Positions 1 through 12,139 of a stretch of DNA of 64,000 nucleotides are shown here, piece by piece. Source of the DNA: Raillietiella orientalis (lineage: Eukaryota); NCBI GenBank assembly GCA_036172245.1, contig JAYWIR010000037.1, positions 1,612,001 through 1,676,000 on the forward strand, given 5' to 3'. Position numbers and translations under genes: made by a program. The notes below the pieces were generated by a model. The model was not told the origin of the DNA. It ran no database searches and was given only the letters and a program-made list of their open reading frames with translations. The stretch's first letter is position 1, and every line of letters begins with the position of its first letter.

Positions 1-786
1 GTAGAATTTTCTGATTATCTTACGGAATCTTATAGAATTGCTGATTTGTAGGAGAACCTCACTCAGGTTGCTATGGGTACGCGTCTACTTCACTTTTGCA
101 TCTCAGCCTACTTCTCTCTCGCATCTAAACATTCACAGCGTAGCCTCAGGATTTCTGCCTTCATTCAAGTCTCAGTATTTTTTACCGTACGTTCCATCAC
201 GAGGAGATTTATAGTGAAGTGTATTTCGAAGAGTGTCTCACGAAATTCATGGTTTCACGAGTATTTAGAAAATCTCTGCAGAGTGCTGACCCCAACTTTG
301 AGCATCTGTAAACTCTTTGCATTGAAACATTATTGAAGAAAAAAAGTTTTGATTATCCTTTTTGCAATGTTATGTGTTGCAAAACTGAACTTTCTTATTT
401 GTACGTGGTGCTGATCCCTGCAATCCGGGAGGGATCGGAGCATTTTCCCCTGAATCCAGAGTTCAAGGTTTTCAAAGAAGTGAATACATAGATGCAGTAA
501 GAAGGATTTTTGGTGTGGCACTAGTAGTGCATTTAAACGTGACAGATTGAAGATAGAGCATATCACATACTGAGTAGAAATAAGTAAATAGGGTCAAGAT
601 CATGAAAATTCTATTGTATTTTCCGAACTAAAGACTTTGTACCCTCCCTTTTTTAAATACCCATGGTAAGCATTTTACAGTTTGAAATGTATGCAAATGA
701 AAGCGTTCAAAAAGAATGCAACGAAGGAGATGCAAATTCAGCAAATTGATTGTCTTAGTACTTGAACATGGAATCAAATCTAAAAA

Positions 787-806
787 CTAATTGAGTCTAA
801 TTGAGT
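787..806. repeat. Tandem duplication (CTAATTGAGT)x2
   Basis: Directly visible. Confidence 0.85.
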
Positions 807-3403
807 CCCTTTCGTTGTTCAGGTCTCTGGAATCCACAGGTGCGAAAATTTCGGATTTGCTGAAATCTGCTGAAACCACGGTTTGCCCTACGGCGGACCG
901 CGCCAACCACATGGTGAACTATGGCGATTCGATCATTGCAGGGACCATGGAGTGAAATTCCCTTTTTCCTGTTGATCTCTGTGAATGTACCCGTGAGAAC
1001 TTTCGCGCTGCTCCATACAGCTTTTCACATCCCATGTATGTTTCAAGTCTTTGTACGGTCGTGAGTTTCCTTTAAAGTTTCTAACACAAAGCTGACTTAT
1101 TCATGGTCTTGTCATGAACTAGGAAGGCAAGGATGAAACTCCCTAAGAGACGCGAATTGCATAACAAACGATTGTATATGAATGCCTATGAATAAAACAT
1201 ACAGATACTATAAAGATTAAGAAAACAGAACAGGATGATCTCAATTTTGAGGTTCGGAAAAATTTGAAAATCGGGAGAAGATGTATTCTAGGGATTTGGA
1301 ATATTGGCATTTTTATTCTTTCCAAGAATACACGACTCTATTAAGAGCAGCATTTCTGAGATGAAATGATAATCCCGAGATAGAGATGTTTGGGAAGTGT
1401 TGCGGTGTTTTGACACAAATTCCATGTGTCTCGCTCTAACTTTGGGAGAATAATCAAATGCAATATTGGACTTTCGTGTCCTAATCCAAAAATCCATTTC
1501 TCCCGTGTACGAAATTGTACGAATGCGTTAGGGAGGGCAAGCAAGGATTTTCCCTAAAAGCTCAGTGCTCGCAAATCGAAGTTTCTCTTCTCATTTTTGT
1601 CGCTTTCTGCTCCCAGATCACTTCAGCACGTACGCAACACTCCTGCTGCTTCTTCATCAGCTATCTATTGGCTTCTTTTAAAAATTCCTTGTGGAGTTCA
1701 AAGATCGCTGATCTCACAGTTGGATGCTGTACTAACGGATCACGTTCTCACAAGTTATCAGAATCCAAGCTTTCAAATGATGATGCTTTCACCTATTGGT
1801 TTCAAACGGTCAGCTGAGGGCTTTACATAATTATCCTCATGCCAGTTTTTGAAAAGTGGAGCCATCTCCAAATACACTACTTGTCCAATGCAAATAGAGA
1901 TGAATTCAAAGGCCAATAAAGATCTCTAACGACGAATTGGAAATTTTAGCACTTTTAAAACGGTAGCTCATCATGCATTCTGTGAGTCATTATTTGGTTT
2001 GCAATTTTCCTGCTTTCATTGTAGATTTTAAAATTCTTCTTATCTTTTTTGATAACATGATAAATAGTTTGCATTCCCTAAAGCTACCCATACACGCGGT
2101 CTTACTCTATCTTTAAGGATGCATCATAATATTTTCATAGAAAAAAGCGGCGAAGCACATAAACTTCAATAGAAAGTCAATTCCATTTCAATCCACTATG
2201 TAAACTTGGAAACCTTCGGAGTGTATACATTAGCAGTAGTCAGAAGTTAAATGATGGAATCTCATTTCCATAAGAGCTCTTGATCAACAACTTTAAGCAT
2301 TTTTCATGTATTTTTCATGCAAAGATAAGCAAAAGTCGGATTAAACACTCACTCGAAAATTTGAAAGAAAAATTCAAAAAATCTCAGTTCAATAGAAGGG
2401 CAATCTGCTCATTTCGATTTCTGCTTCTACTCTGAGAAACTCTATCGGAAAGCAAGCGATTTTTTTTGCATGATCTGCCCTCCTTATAGCTTTCCATTTT
2501 CAAGAGGAAATTTGAGGGTCGGTTTCAGTTAGTTTGTTGCAGAGATGTAAATGCCAATGTACGGTACGCTGGGGTTATCTATACCATGAAAATCGAAACG
2601 TAATGTAAACACAGACATGAGTTTGAGACAAAAGGTTAATTTATTATGATGCCGAAAAGAAATGAAATCCATGTTGCATGACAGTAAATCACAGGGTTCT
2701 TGAAAACTATGTCCGAGTTACTTTTGTGGATTTACGATAATTTGGATATTATGTATATCCATGTTGAGTTTACCAAAATTAAATTTATTAACCATGCCAT
2801 TTCTTCGAACTGTAGGATTATAACAGTCTCAATCAATCTTTGTTATTCCTTTTCCATAAGGAACATTGATGGTTGGGAGATTTTTGGAAGTTGCGATGGC
2901 GGTTGATGAAATTGCAAACTTTTTATATGATGTTTAAATACACTTCAAGTGCTTAGGATCCTAAAGTAATGATCTCCTGTCTAAACATCATTATCTGTAA
3001 GAGGGATTTCCTTTGGAGTGTAATTTTCTAAAATCTACAGACTCTTTCACGATGTACACGTGCAGGTGAAGATTCGTTATGTAAAGTCTCATGATCGCGA
3101 TCAAAAGTCTGGAAGACATAAGTGATTTGGACCACCAGTGGTATTTGCTTTCCGATTTACTCTCTTTCAAGGCGATAAACGAGTTTCCACATCCTGGACA
3201 AGGAGAGCAGTAGAAATCTTTGCATCAATCCGAGATTCTGGGAGAGCATATTCGATCGTGGTATAGCGTATGATAGGAATGAAATTTCATCGGGTATGAA
3301 CCAAGATGCTGTGCTGTGCTATCCGAATTTCCAGATTTGAACTGGAAAGCATTGGCATTCATTTTCTCTCACTGTGATGAGTGTCGTTTGAGCATGACTG
3401 GAA

Positions 3404-3904
3404 TCATAGAAACGTTTTCTGTTGCTGATGAGCTCCCTTGGTTTTTTCGCTTGCTATTCGAATAGAAACCGGAAGAACCACTTGGTTCAGAATCAGAGGA
3501 GCAGCGTCCTCCAATTCCTTTAGGTGAAAAACCGGTAAAAAGGGTGAAGAACAAAGAGGATTGATCTTTTTCTTGCAAGAAGAGGGAAACCTGAAGTCCA
3601 TCTCCTTCATTTGGTGCTGGTCCATTCGCTTTCCGTATCGGAATTACCTGTATTCCTTCACAAACATACAATCTCCGAGAAGCATTAACAAATGATCACT
3701 CTGCCAAGTCATGACATTACATGTTTCATTAGACTTTCCTGAGCTGATGATCAGTTTTTGAAATGGCTCTGGAGCTTTCCACAGGGATTCCCACAATCTG
3801 TGTTTTGCACTTAAATTCGAGAATTGGCATCCTCGCAAAGGCAAGCCTCACCCTCTCAACGCATGTGGACAGCATTTATAGAATGCAAAGTTACTGAACT
3901 GAAC
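3404..3904 (-). other. Possible 3' spliced fragment of an unidentified - strand gene
   Basis: Segments 3904-3852, 3797-3648 and 3590-3404 join through 54-nt (GTGAGG..CAG) and 57-nt (GTAATT..CAG) introns into one frame, VQFSNFAFYKCCPHALRGLWESLWK...ELEDAAPLILNQVVLPVSIRIASEKTKGAHQQQKTFL*. No homology recognised, and the join could be chance. Confidence 0.2.
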
Positions 3905-6900
3905 CTATTATGGATCAGTTCTGAATGGCTGAGCTGGTGGACCGCTTCCTTCAAGATCGATGGTGAGCAATCAAGCCGTATCACAATGACAGTGATTAAT
4001 GAAGCATTCCTTGCTGTGTATCCTGGATTGCATACTCTGCTTCTTTCAGCAGCAGATCAAACAAACACTAAATTTTCTTTGGAATTTGTGGTGGAATGGA
4101 GGCATTCCTGCCATGCATCCTCCAGTGAAGCACCGGCAGACACAAAGAGTTTCTTCCAGATTGTAGAATTTTTGGGGGGAGCTCTTCTTGGGAGGAGGGG
4201 GCTCTTCTTCACCTCTGTCTTTTGAATCTTTGAGTCGAATTCTGAGTCGCACTCAGTCCTAAGGGGTACGATTGAAGACAAACCGAAGATGAAGAGGAGG
4301 GAAATATCCACTGTTTGGAAATGAGTGTTCATTGGACACAGGAACACGCATGTACAACTTTAGATTGGTTGCGTGAACTCGAATGGGTTCGAAGGTCATT
4401 TTCATCTTCAGTGCGGGGCACCTGGCTCTTCTGACCTCCTTCTTTAGAGAAACACATCAACAACGAGAGGTTGTGCTCCTTCAGGTGCAAGAGAAGATGA
4501 AAATCTGATCCTCGGAAGTTTACCTTTTTTGTGAAACAAAAGTGTGATCATATTTCCCTGTGCTGATAGAATCCAAGAGTGAAACCCTTCTCATTTCTTT
4601 TCTCAAATTCAGAATCATCTCATGCTTCGTTATCTCCAGGATCCAAAGATGAGGTTGCAGCCACGTTCGCAAAAGGCAATTTTGAAAACTCATACGACTG
4701 AGATTGGAACTGTATCTTTGGACGCAAAAATATCCTAATCAAATAGCAGTAACTTGAAATAATAGCATTTCCTTATTTGTCTTCTTAGCCTTCAAATGAA
4801 CATCCACCAGCTCGAAAATACGAATATCTACAAAATCAACTTTTTTTTATATATATTAAAAAAAAGTAACATTCATATTCTATTGACATATGCAACTGAA
4901 ACCACAAATTGGCAGACAAGAAATTTCTGCATTATTTTTGCTATGGAGTCTCCTGGAAATTCAAGTTCAGAACTTGTGATGCTCACTTGGTACACACAGT
5001 ACATGAGCAATGGTTCCACCCGACTAAAATGAATTTTTTTCTTTATACAAAAGACGAAATGGACTTTACTCGCTTCTTGAACCCAAAACATTTCGGGTTT
5101 TGGTAATGGAAAAAAACACAGAATCTACAAAAAAATTCTCACAATAGGAAAGCCTACGTGATTATGGCGAATCTCGGAGAAATCAGGACTGCAAGCTGAA
5201 GTGATAGAAATTAGCGAGATGCTGGAGTGTGATCTTTCTCACAAATGGGAGTTTAGAAAAGAATAAAAAAGGAGGGGGGAAGAAATTTCGAAAAACAAAG
5301 TACCACAGTTTTTTATGGAAATCTCAGGCTGAAGGGACTTCGGCAATTTTATGGAATCTGCTCCGTGAGCAGTGCCTTCAATTTCCCGTTTCGGAACGTT
5401 TTCAACTTTACAAAGTCAAAATAAACACCACTGAATAGAAATTCTTACCTACTGAAGGGATGGTAACTTCTGGTTTCCCGAGTTCTTACTAAACTAAGGA
5501 ATTCTAAATTCCATTCCATACCTCGCGTTAACAAGGAATCTGCCTATAAGAAATCTATTCTGAAGATCCACCATCATCTCAAAGAGGATTTGCATTCATA
5601 GAGAAACGAAATATGTCTTCCATAGGGGATCGAGTTTCGCATCTATTGAGTATTGCTATGAGCACAGGAAGTCGTTTGTCCTGGTCAACTCTTGGATTGG
5701 GTTCGCGCTTTAGGAGCACATTTCATCAAATTTTGATTCTCTGATTACTTGTATGTCCCATTGATGCATTCTGTCGAGTTTTCCAGCCTCCCGTAGAAAG
5801 TTAGCATGGATCCTCTTTGATTTGTAATCGTTCAGGAATATCGTGTACCAAACCCACCGTGTTTGAGATTCCGGCAAGCACAACGAATTCGTAATAGGAA
5901 GCTTGTTGTAAACTATCCAAAGGATTCGGAGGTCAGTTTTCATCTCAGTTTGAAAAAAAAATATGCACGGATGGTCATGAATTCTGAACACTGGACACAG
6001 ATGAACTTTTTTTTAGAAAAGAGTAGCCTTTTTTGTCGTTTGACTTTACCGCACTCTGTCCCTAGCTGTCACCTGAAGATCATACATTTCGCGCAAATAT
6101 GCATAAGAAAAAAAAAAGAAACAGATCGGCGTTTTCGTTCCTGAAATCTGTTATCAAATTCCTTAAACCACCTTGCGGTCAGACTTGCATGCCAGGGCCA
6201 AACGTTGAATAAAATTTTCATATGGGTATCGTGCTCTATGCTTTACCGCTTGTGTGGTCTGCAATGCTCCGTGGAAGGGTATAAAAAATCGCTTAAAAAT
6301 TAATATTCAGCTACAAGTTGCAATCTTCACAAATAAGCATCTCCGTCTGCATTTTCGTGGTAATTTCCGATTCTCAATAAATATCACAAAGGACGATGAA
6401 GTCATGAATTGGTTGTAAACTCGAAAGCGTGATTTTCACTCTAATGGAATTTCCATTTAAGAATCGGAATCGTTGCTGGATCATCGAAAGATCCGATGTA
6501 TCCTTCACAGATTCCTAAATTGCTTCACGCGTTTCCTGGTTTCTCCATTTGCAGGGATCCGCTTAGTCCAGGTTTGCATGCCGAACGGGTGTGTTGCATC
6601 TCTGCATTGCTCTAGCATGACTCGTATTCCTTCACGTTACAGGTATGATCTCTGTGCCATACTTTGTCCTTTCAAATCAGAGTTGTGTCATGAGATGCTC
6701 CCAACGCCTCCGATTTTTCGTGAAAATTTGCCCGCTAGTCGTGCTAAAGAATTTTCTCGGCTGATTTGTATTTTCCCTTGTGATTCCAAGCAGTTTCCGA
6801 TCGCCCTCTCAAACTGTTGGAAACCCATCGGATTCAAACGCAGCTTCCGAAAATCTGGTGTTTTCAAAAGTCGCGTGCTAACCGCCTTATCAACGAGCAG

Positions 6901-9900
6901 CTTATGAGAGGAACAGCAAGGCAAATTCGAAATGACGTTCCTTTTTACAGCAAAGATAGCTGGATCGTGCGTGCTGATCAAGCATCTTGTGAGGAAGCGT
7001 TTCCTTGGTTGCAGAGCGAACAGTAAATGAAGCAGGGGGGAATTGTAATCAGTTCTCACCAGTTACTTGTTTAGAGTGACTGACTAATTCGCTAAGTAAT
7101 GCTCTTTCAGTAATACCGATTCTGAAGATCGTGGGATCTCGTAACTGGCTTGAATCGGCAGCGGATGTTGATGTGTGTGTACGATGGGTGTTGATCAGTA
7201 TTTGAAATTCGATTCTTCACCAAAAATGAGAATGTTGCATATTCATTCGTGAGCTAAATCGTTTTCCAGTTGGGTGGTTTCTTTCAATTTCTTTCTTTCT
7301 CGGTTGCTGAGCATGTTTCAACTGATCGAAAGCCTCGTTTTGAATCGCCTTATTGCAAGGTGGTCGGTGGCCTAACCTTTCATTTCGAAAGACCCCTGTC
7401 CGCCGACACCTAACCAAAGCCATCTAATGAGAATTCAACAAGTAGCTTACGCAAGAAGTTGCAGCAGCTACCTTTCGTCTTCAGACTGTTGCACGCGGCA
7501 CCTCATCGGCCTTATTGGAATGTTCAAAGGGTTATTGTCCCACAAAAGGAAGCCACAGTTTCCTACTTGTCCCGGTTCTCTCAATCATTGTCATGGAAGT
7601 ATTACTTCAGTTGCAATTTTTGCCACACTTCTGATTTGCTAGCGCGGTTGCTATGATTTCATATGATTTCGAAGTATCGGAATGGAAGCATCTAACGCAC
7701 CTTTTGCATCTTGTTTCTCTGCTTAGGAGCAAACTGTGGGGTTTAAATGATCGTCCCGCGAAACGTCCCTGAGTACTTAGGCAAACGTGCTGCAGAAATG
7801 AATCTCAGCAACAAGTACGGTGTCATTGCTGCTGACACGATCACACGAGATCAGTACTAGGCACTTCAGCATTTTGTTTCATTTCTTCTGCTGTTAGCTA
7901 TCAATGAAAGGAGCTCATATGACTCCCTGATGTGTACGTGGGCCCTTGACCCTTGACCTCTCCCTGGACAAGCCCTCACATTCTTGTGCACTACTTTCCT
8001 TGATGCTCAGCTCCGGTTTGTAGATGTGTGATTTCACATCTCTTTCTGTATGAATATCTGTAACAAGTTGGCAAGATATTTTTCCGGACCTGATTTTCGT
8101 GAATCCTTCTGCTGCAGTTTCTGAGAGAAACAAAGATTTTAGCTTCGGTGTTTTCCAGTCTGCGCAAACGGTGCTCGGTCGCCATGCTTTCCCTTGAGCA
8201 GTTCTGTGTCTTCCATTTATCTATGGAATTGTTTCTTCTCGGAAATAAGTCATACTTGGTACAAGGAGAGATCACGTTTCACACTTTACTCGTTAATGCT
8301 TCTTTTTTCTCCTTTTTGCATCTCAGTCATGCTTGGACTCACTCTATAACCCAGGAACGCTAAATAATTATTTTGTAATAATAGTAATTATTTTTTTCAA
8401 TCCAGCAAACCATACGAGATCAAGCTAGGACTACTAGCCGTCTACAAATTTCATGTGGATCATTCAGATTCAAGAGACGCGTTGCATTTTACCAGGAAAA
8501 AATACTGTTGCATCCTCATTACATAAGTGAAGATTTAACGAGCTGCAGGAGCGAAACTCGAAGAGAATTTCTTTCATCCTCTCTGAGACTGATGTGTAAA
8601 CAAAGGGTCTCATTCGGTAATGCCTGAATGGACCAGAAATTTCAAATAGCGATACACTGAAAATTCTTTGAAAGAGTTGTGTCGGTGGATTCTTTGAAAT
8701 TCTTTGAGAGAGTCCCTTTGTGACGAGAATACTTTTGCTACTCTGGACGATAGGAAAAGGTATATCCCGAAACTAAAAAATTTCAACTAGTGTTTCAGAG
8801 TTGTATCGGTAGACGGTCGACTTAAGAAAGCCATTGTGATTAGTGGTGAAGTTTTCAAATAGTTGAACCCTCTGGTTACCTCTTGGTTCTCTTCTCCATG
8901 ACTCGGAGGATAATGAGTGATCGACGGGAAGGCTGTGCAAACCGAGTATACCTTGATCTCGATCTTCTAACCTTTGGTCCGTTGCCTTTGGTCTGAATTT
9001 TCACTGAAGTACAAAATAACTGAGTTTGTAACACTGGACCATCTTCATCGTGAATGCTGATTGCTCTGATCTGCTTACTTTGTTTTGCGGAAGATGCTGT
9101 ATGGTTCCTGCATGTGACAGATCGGAAGTCTGAAAACGCGTGGAAAAATAAACTGGTAGAACGCAGTGGTCTCAGAACCCGTGATCACGAACCTGCTTAT
9201 CCAATGATGGTTGAAAAATTCCATTCCCTATCAACAGATTGTTTCAGAAAGGAAGTTTTTAACGTTTTTCCATTCGCATCGAAGATGCTTTCATTGCAGT
9301 GATGCTTTCAGCCCTAAAGTGCAGCATGCAAGGAAACCAATGAGGAAAACATGATTTATATTTTGGTCCTTTCGGGTTCATTTTTTTTCCTGCATTCATA
9401 GTTCTAGTTGAAAAATGAATACAAGCGGTACGAATGTATAAGGGACTCAAGAAAAACAGGTACAAGTTTCAGAGCATTTCCTGAGACATTCTGTAGTTGA
9501 GCAGCCTGGGATGGAATGCACGAACTACCATATGGAACCCACGGCAGCCTGCAAGACTGCTTAGCACATGCTTACTAGATGTGGTGATCATACTCTCTCT
9601 GTTCCATCTGCTTAGCTGCATTTTGTTCATTACGTTTCTTTGTTCGTTTGTTCGTATCAATGGCTTCTATCGTCCGTTTCGTGTGGTGGTTGTTTCGGTT
9701 TCAGGATTTCGAGTCTTCAAGTAAGATCACTTGAGTTATTGATCTATCTGTTTGCTTGAACACTGTGCATACTCAGCACTACACCGGTTTTCCAATTACA
9801 ATTCTTCTTTATGCTTGAGCTCTTCCAAGGATAGAAACTTTACTGCCTTCGAAAATCTCCGAGACACAGATTAATTTTATTACAATTATTATGGAGCATC

Positions 9901-11607
9901 CCTAACCAATGGTGAGAATTTCCCGATTCTAGAGAACAGGAAATTGCCCCAAATTTTTTGGTTCGAGATTCCATTCCCTCCTCCTGAAGCAGCATGATTA
10001 TGGCCACAGCAGCGAAGCAGCAAATGACAATCTTCCATCTTGCGACCATTGCCATCAACGTGGATAAGATTTGAACTCATGAAGTCGTAGAAATAATCGT
10101 AACTTTGGAGGGAATTTAAGAGACGGCACACGAGAATTATTTTGCGATTCCAAACCTCGAAGAATTCGTTATCAAATTCTTGAGGCGAAGAAGCTGCTAG
10201 GTGATTATAAAATACGGCAAGCATAACTTTGGAATTATGATGACCACGATGCCACCCTGGCGAAGCTGCGCAGATGACCGCGGTGGCTTGCTTTGTAATG
10301 CTTTGCTTGCTGAGGGTGCCTTTCGCCCATGGGCACATTGGTCCACGTGTTTCAAGGCTGGGAACACCGTTCTCAAAGTCGCATCTTTCATTTGCTTCAT
10401 TTTGTGCCTCTTTATATCTTTCTTCCTTCTTTAGTAGCAGTGCGGTCCTGTTTTTCCACACTTCAGTGGGATGATCAGTAAAGTAAGAGGAAACAAATAA
10501 AAAAGTATTTGCGATCCTGACTTTAACTTTCTTTGAAAAGTTTATTTTTCAAGTTGCTTTTCGTTTGGTCTTTGTAACTTTTTGATGCCTTCAGATCTTT
10601 GAAGCTGTTTTTGCTGGATCTTAGCATTTGTTATTGGTTGCATTGGACTTGAAAATCATCTAGCGTGTATTTCTAATCTATGTATCGTGAGGCAGATATG
10701 GATAAGTAATGAATTACATACGAATTCGAAGCGAGGAAGCACGAGCTTGTCTTTTGATTTCAGGAGAATCGTTTTAGCAAAATTATGGTAGGGAACGCAT
10801 CTCAAATGATTGCAAGCTTCTCACCGATTTTCTCACGCTCATACTACACGTATGATCCTGTCCCCATAATAAGCGTTTTCAATCCAATCCTCTTCAAAAG
10901 AATAAACCTTCAACTCTGGTTTTTGTTTTTTTGTTTTTTCCTTCCTTTTTCTCTCAGGAAATATCGATCTATTCTGCGGCAGCTGGGGATCTCTCTCTCG
11001 CAGCCTCTTTTCGTTTCTCCGTCTCGTATAAAATACTGTCTTGAGTATTCTCATGAGTGTTTGGAAACAAGATCACATCGTCGGCATGCCGCGAAACTTT
11101 GTTGATTTGCAATGAAATGCCTAATGCTCTGCAGGACCATCTTTTTCACACTTTGGGAAGTCTCAAAGCTTCCGATCAGCATTATCTTATTGAGATGCTC
11201 ATGATTTATGCATCAAAACCAGTCACTCTGGTGTCCACCAAGAACGCACAGAGGAAAACAAATGCACGGACTCCGAATTTTAATGAATGATCTTTACTCG
11301 TCCCAATCGAGAATGTCAAAATTGGGACTTCTACTTTGGACTGCACCTACGAATTTTCCTTTTTGGCATTCCCAAGTCCGGGGGGAGGGGCAGAGAATTC
11401 GCGAAAGAATGGCCAAACTTCGTGCTGGAGAGAACCCGCAAGTTGAACGTGTGAATAGTTGAGACCGATCCATTTCGTTCCTCGTTCAGACTCACTCTTC
11501 CCAGCTAAGAATTGAAAGGACTTGTTCATTTTTGAACAGCACGTTCCCTGACCTGCAGGATTCGGGGTTCGTTCGTGGAGGTTTCGAAAGAGTGCCCGCT
11601 TGCAGTT

Positions 11608-12139
11608 TCATTTTCCGACTTGAAGAAAGTGATCGGCCATCTTCAACAGTGTCCTGAGTTCACTCCTAGAATGACCAATGGATCAGCAGGGAACATTTCG
11701 CTCCTCAATGCACCATTGGAATTTACACATATCGCAGAATGCAAACAGCGAACTGATTTAAAAGGGTTGAGTAGGTTCCTGCATCTATTGCATCAAATTC
11801 CACGCTAGAAAATGTTTCATCTTCTGCAAGCTCTGTTCCTCCCGTCTGAGGATCTTGAAACTTAAAAATTGGTTGTGAGGCTGAAACTCTGAATGAGAAA
11901 TGCCATAAATTCCTCACCAACTGCTTTTCGCTGCTGCGTCCGATAGTCAAAACATCTGCTTCGGTCCCATACGGTAAGGACGAATACGAGCATTTCTAAG
12001 ATTGCTCTTCGCTTTCCAGACCACATTTTAGCACGTTCTGGCATTTGGAATGTTCGCTTACCTTAAAGTATGCCACGGCAAAGCCGCAAACAGCAATGAG
12101 AAAGCCGAGCCACGAAATAGAATGATTTGCAAACCTCAT
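11608..12139 (-). CDS. Candidate 3-exon orphan gene, about 134 aa, with an N-terminal hydrophobic signal/anchor
   Basis: Exon 1 12139-12062 (ATG in gccgtcATGA context; MRFANHSISWLGFLIAVCGFAVAYFK; GTAAGC donor), 66-nt intron, exon 2 11995-11727 (open frame containing ORF 11723-11950), 61-nt GTAAAT..TTCTAG intron, exon 3 11665-11608 (SELRTLLKMADHFLQVGK*). Phases are consistent. No homology recognised. Confidence 0.4.

Noticed and set aside
9054..9724. Hydrophobic + strand ORFs (MLIALICLLCFAEDA...; ...VIILSLFHLLSCILFITF...) as the Side signal exon
   Set aside because: The first has no suitable donor that I could find; the second has a phase-2 GTAAGA donor at 9721 but no in-frame ATG. T-rich DNA produces such peptides by chance.
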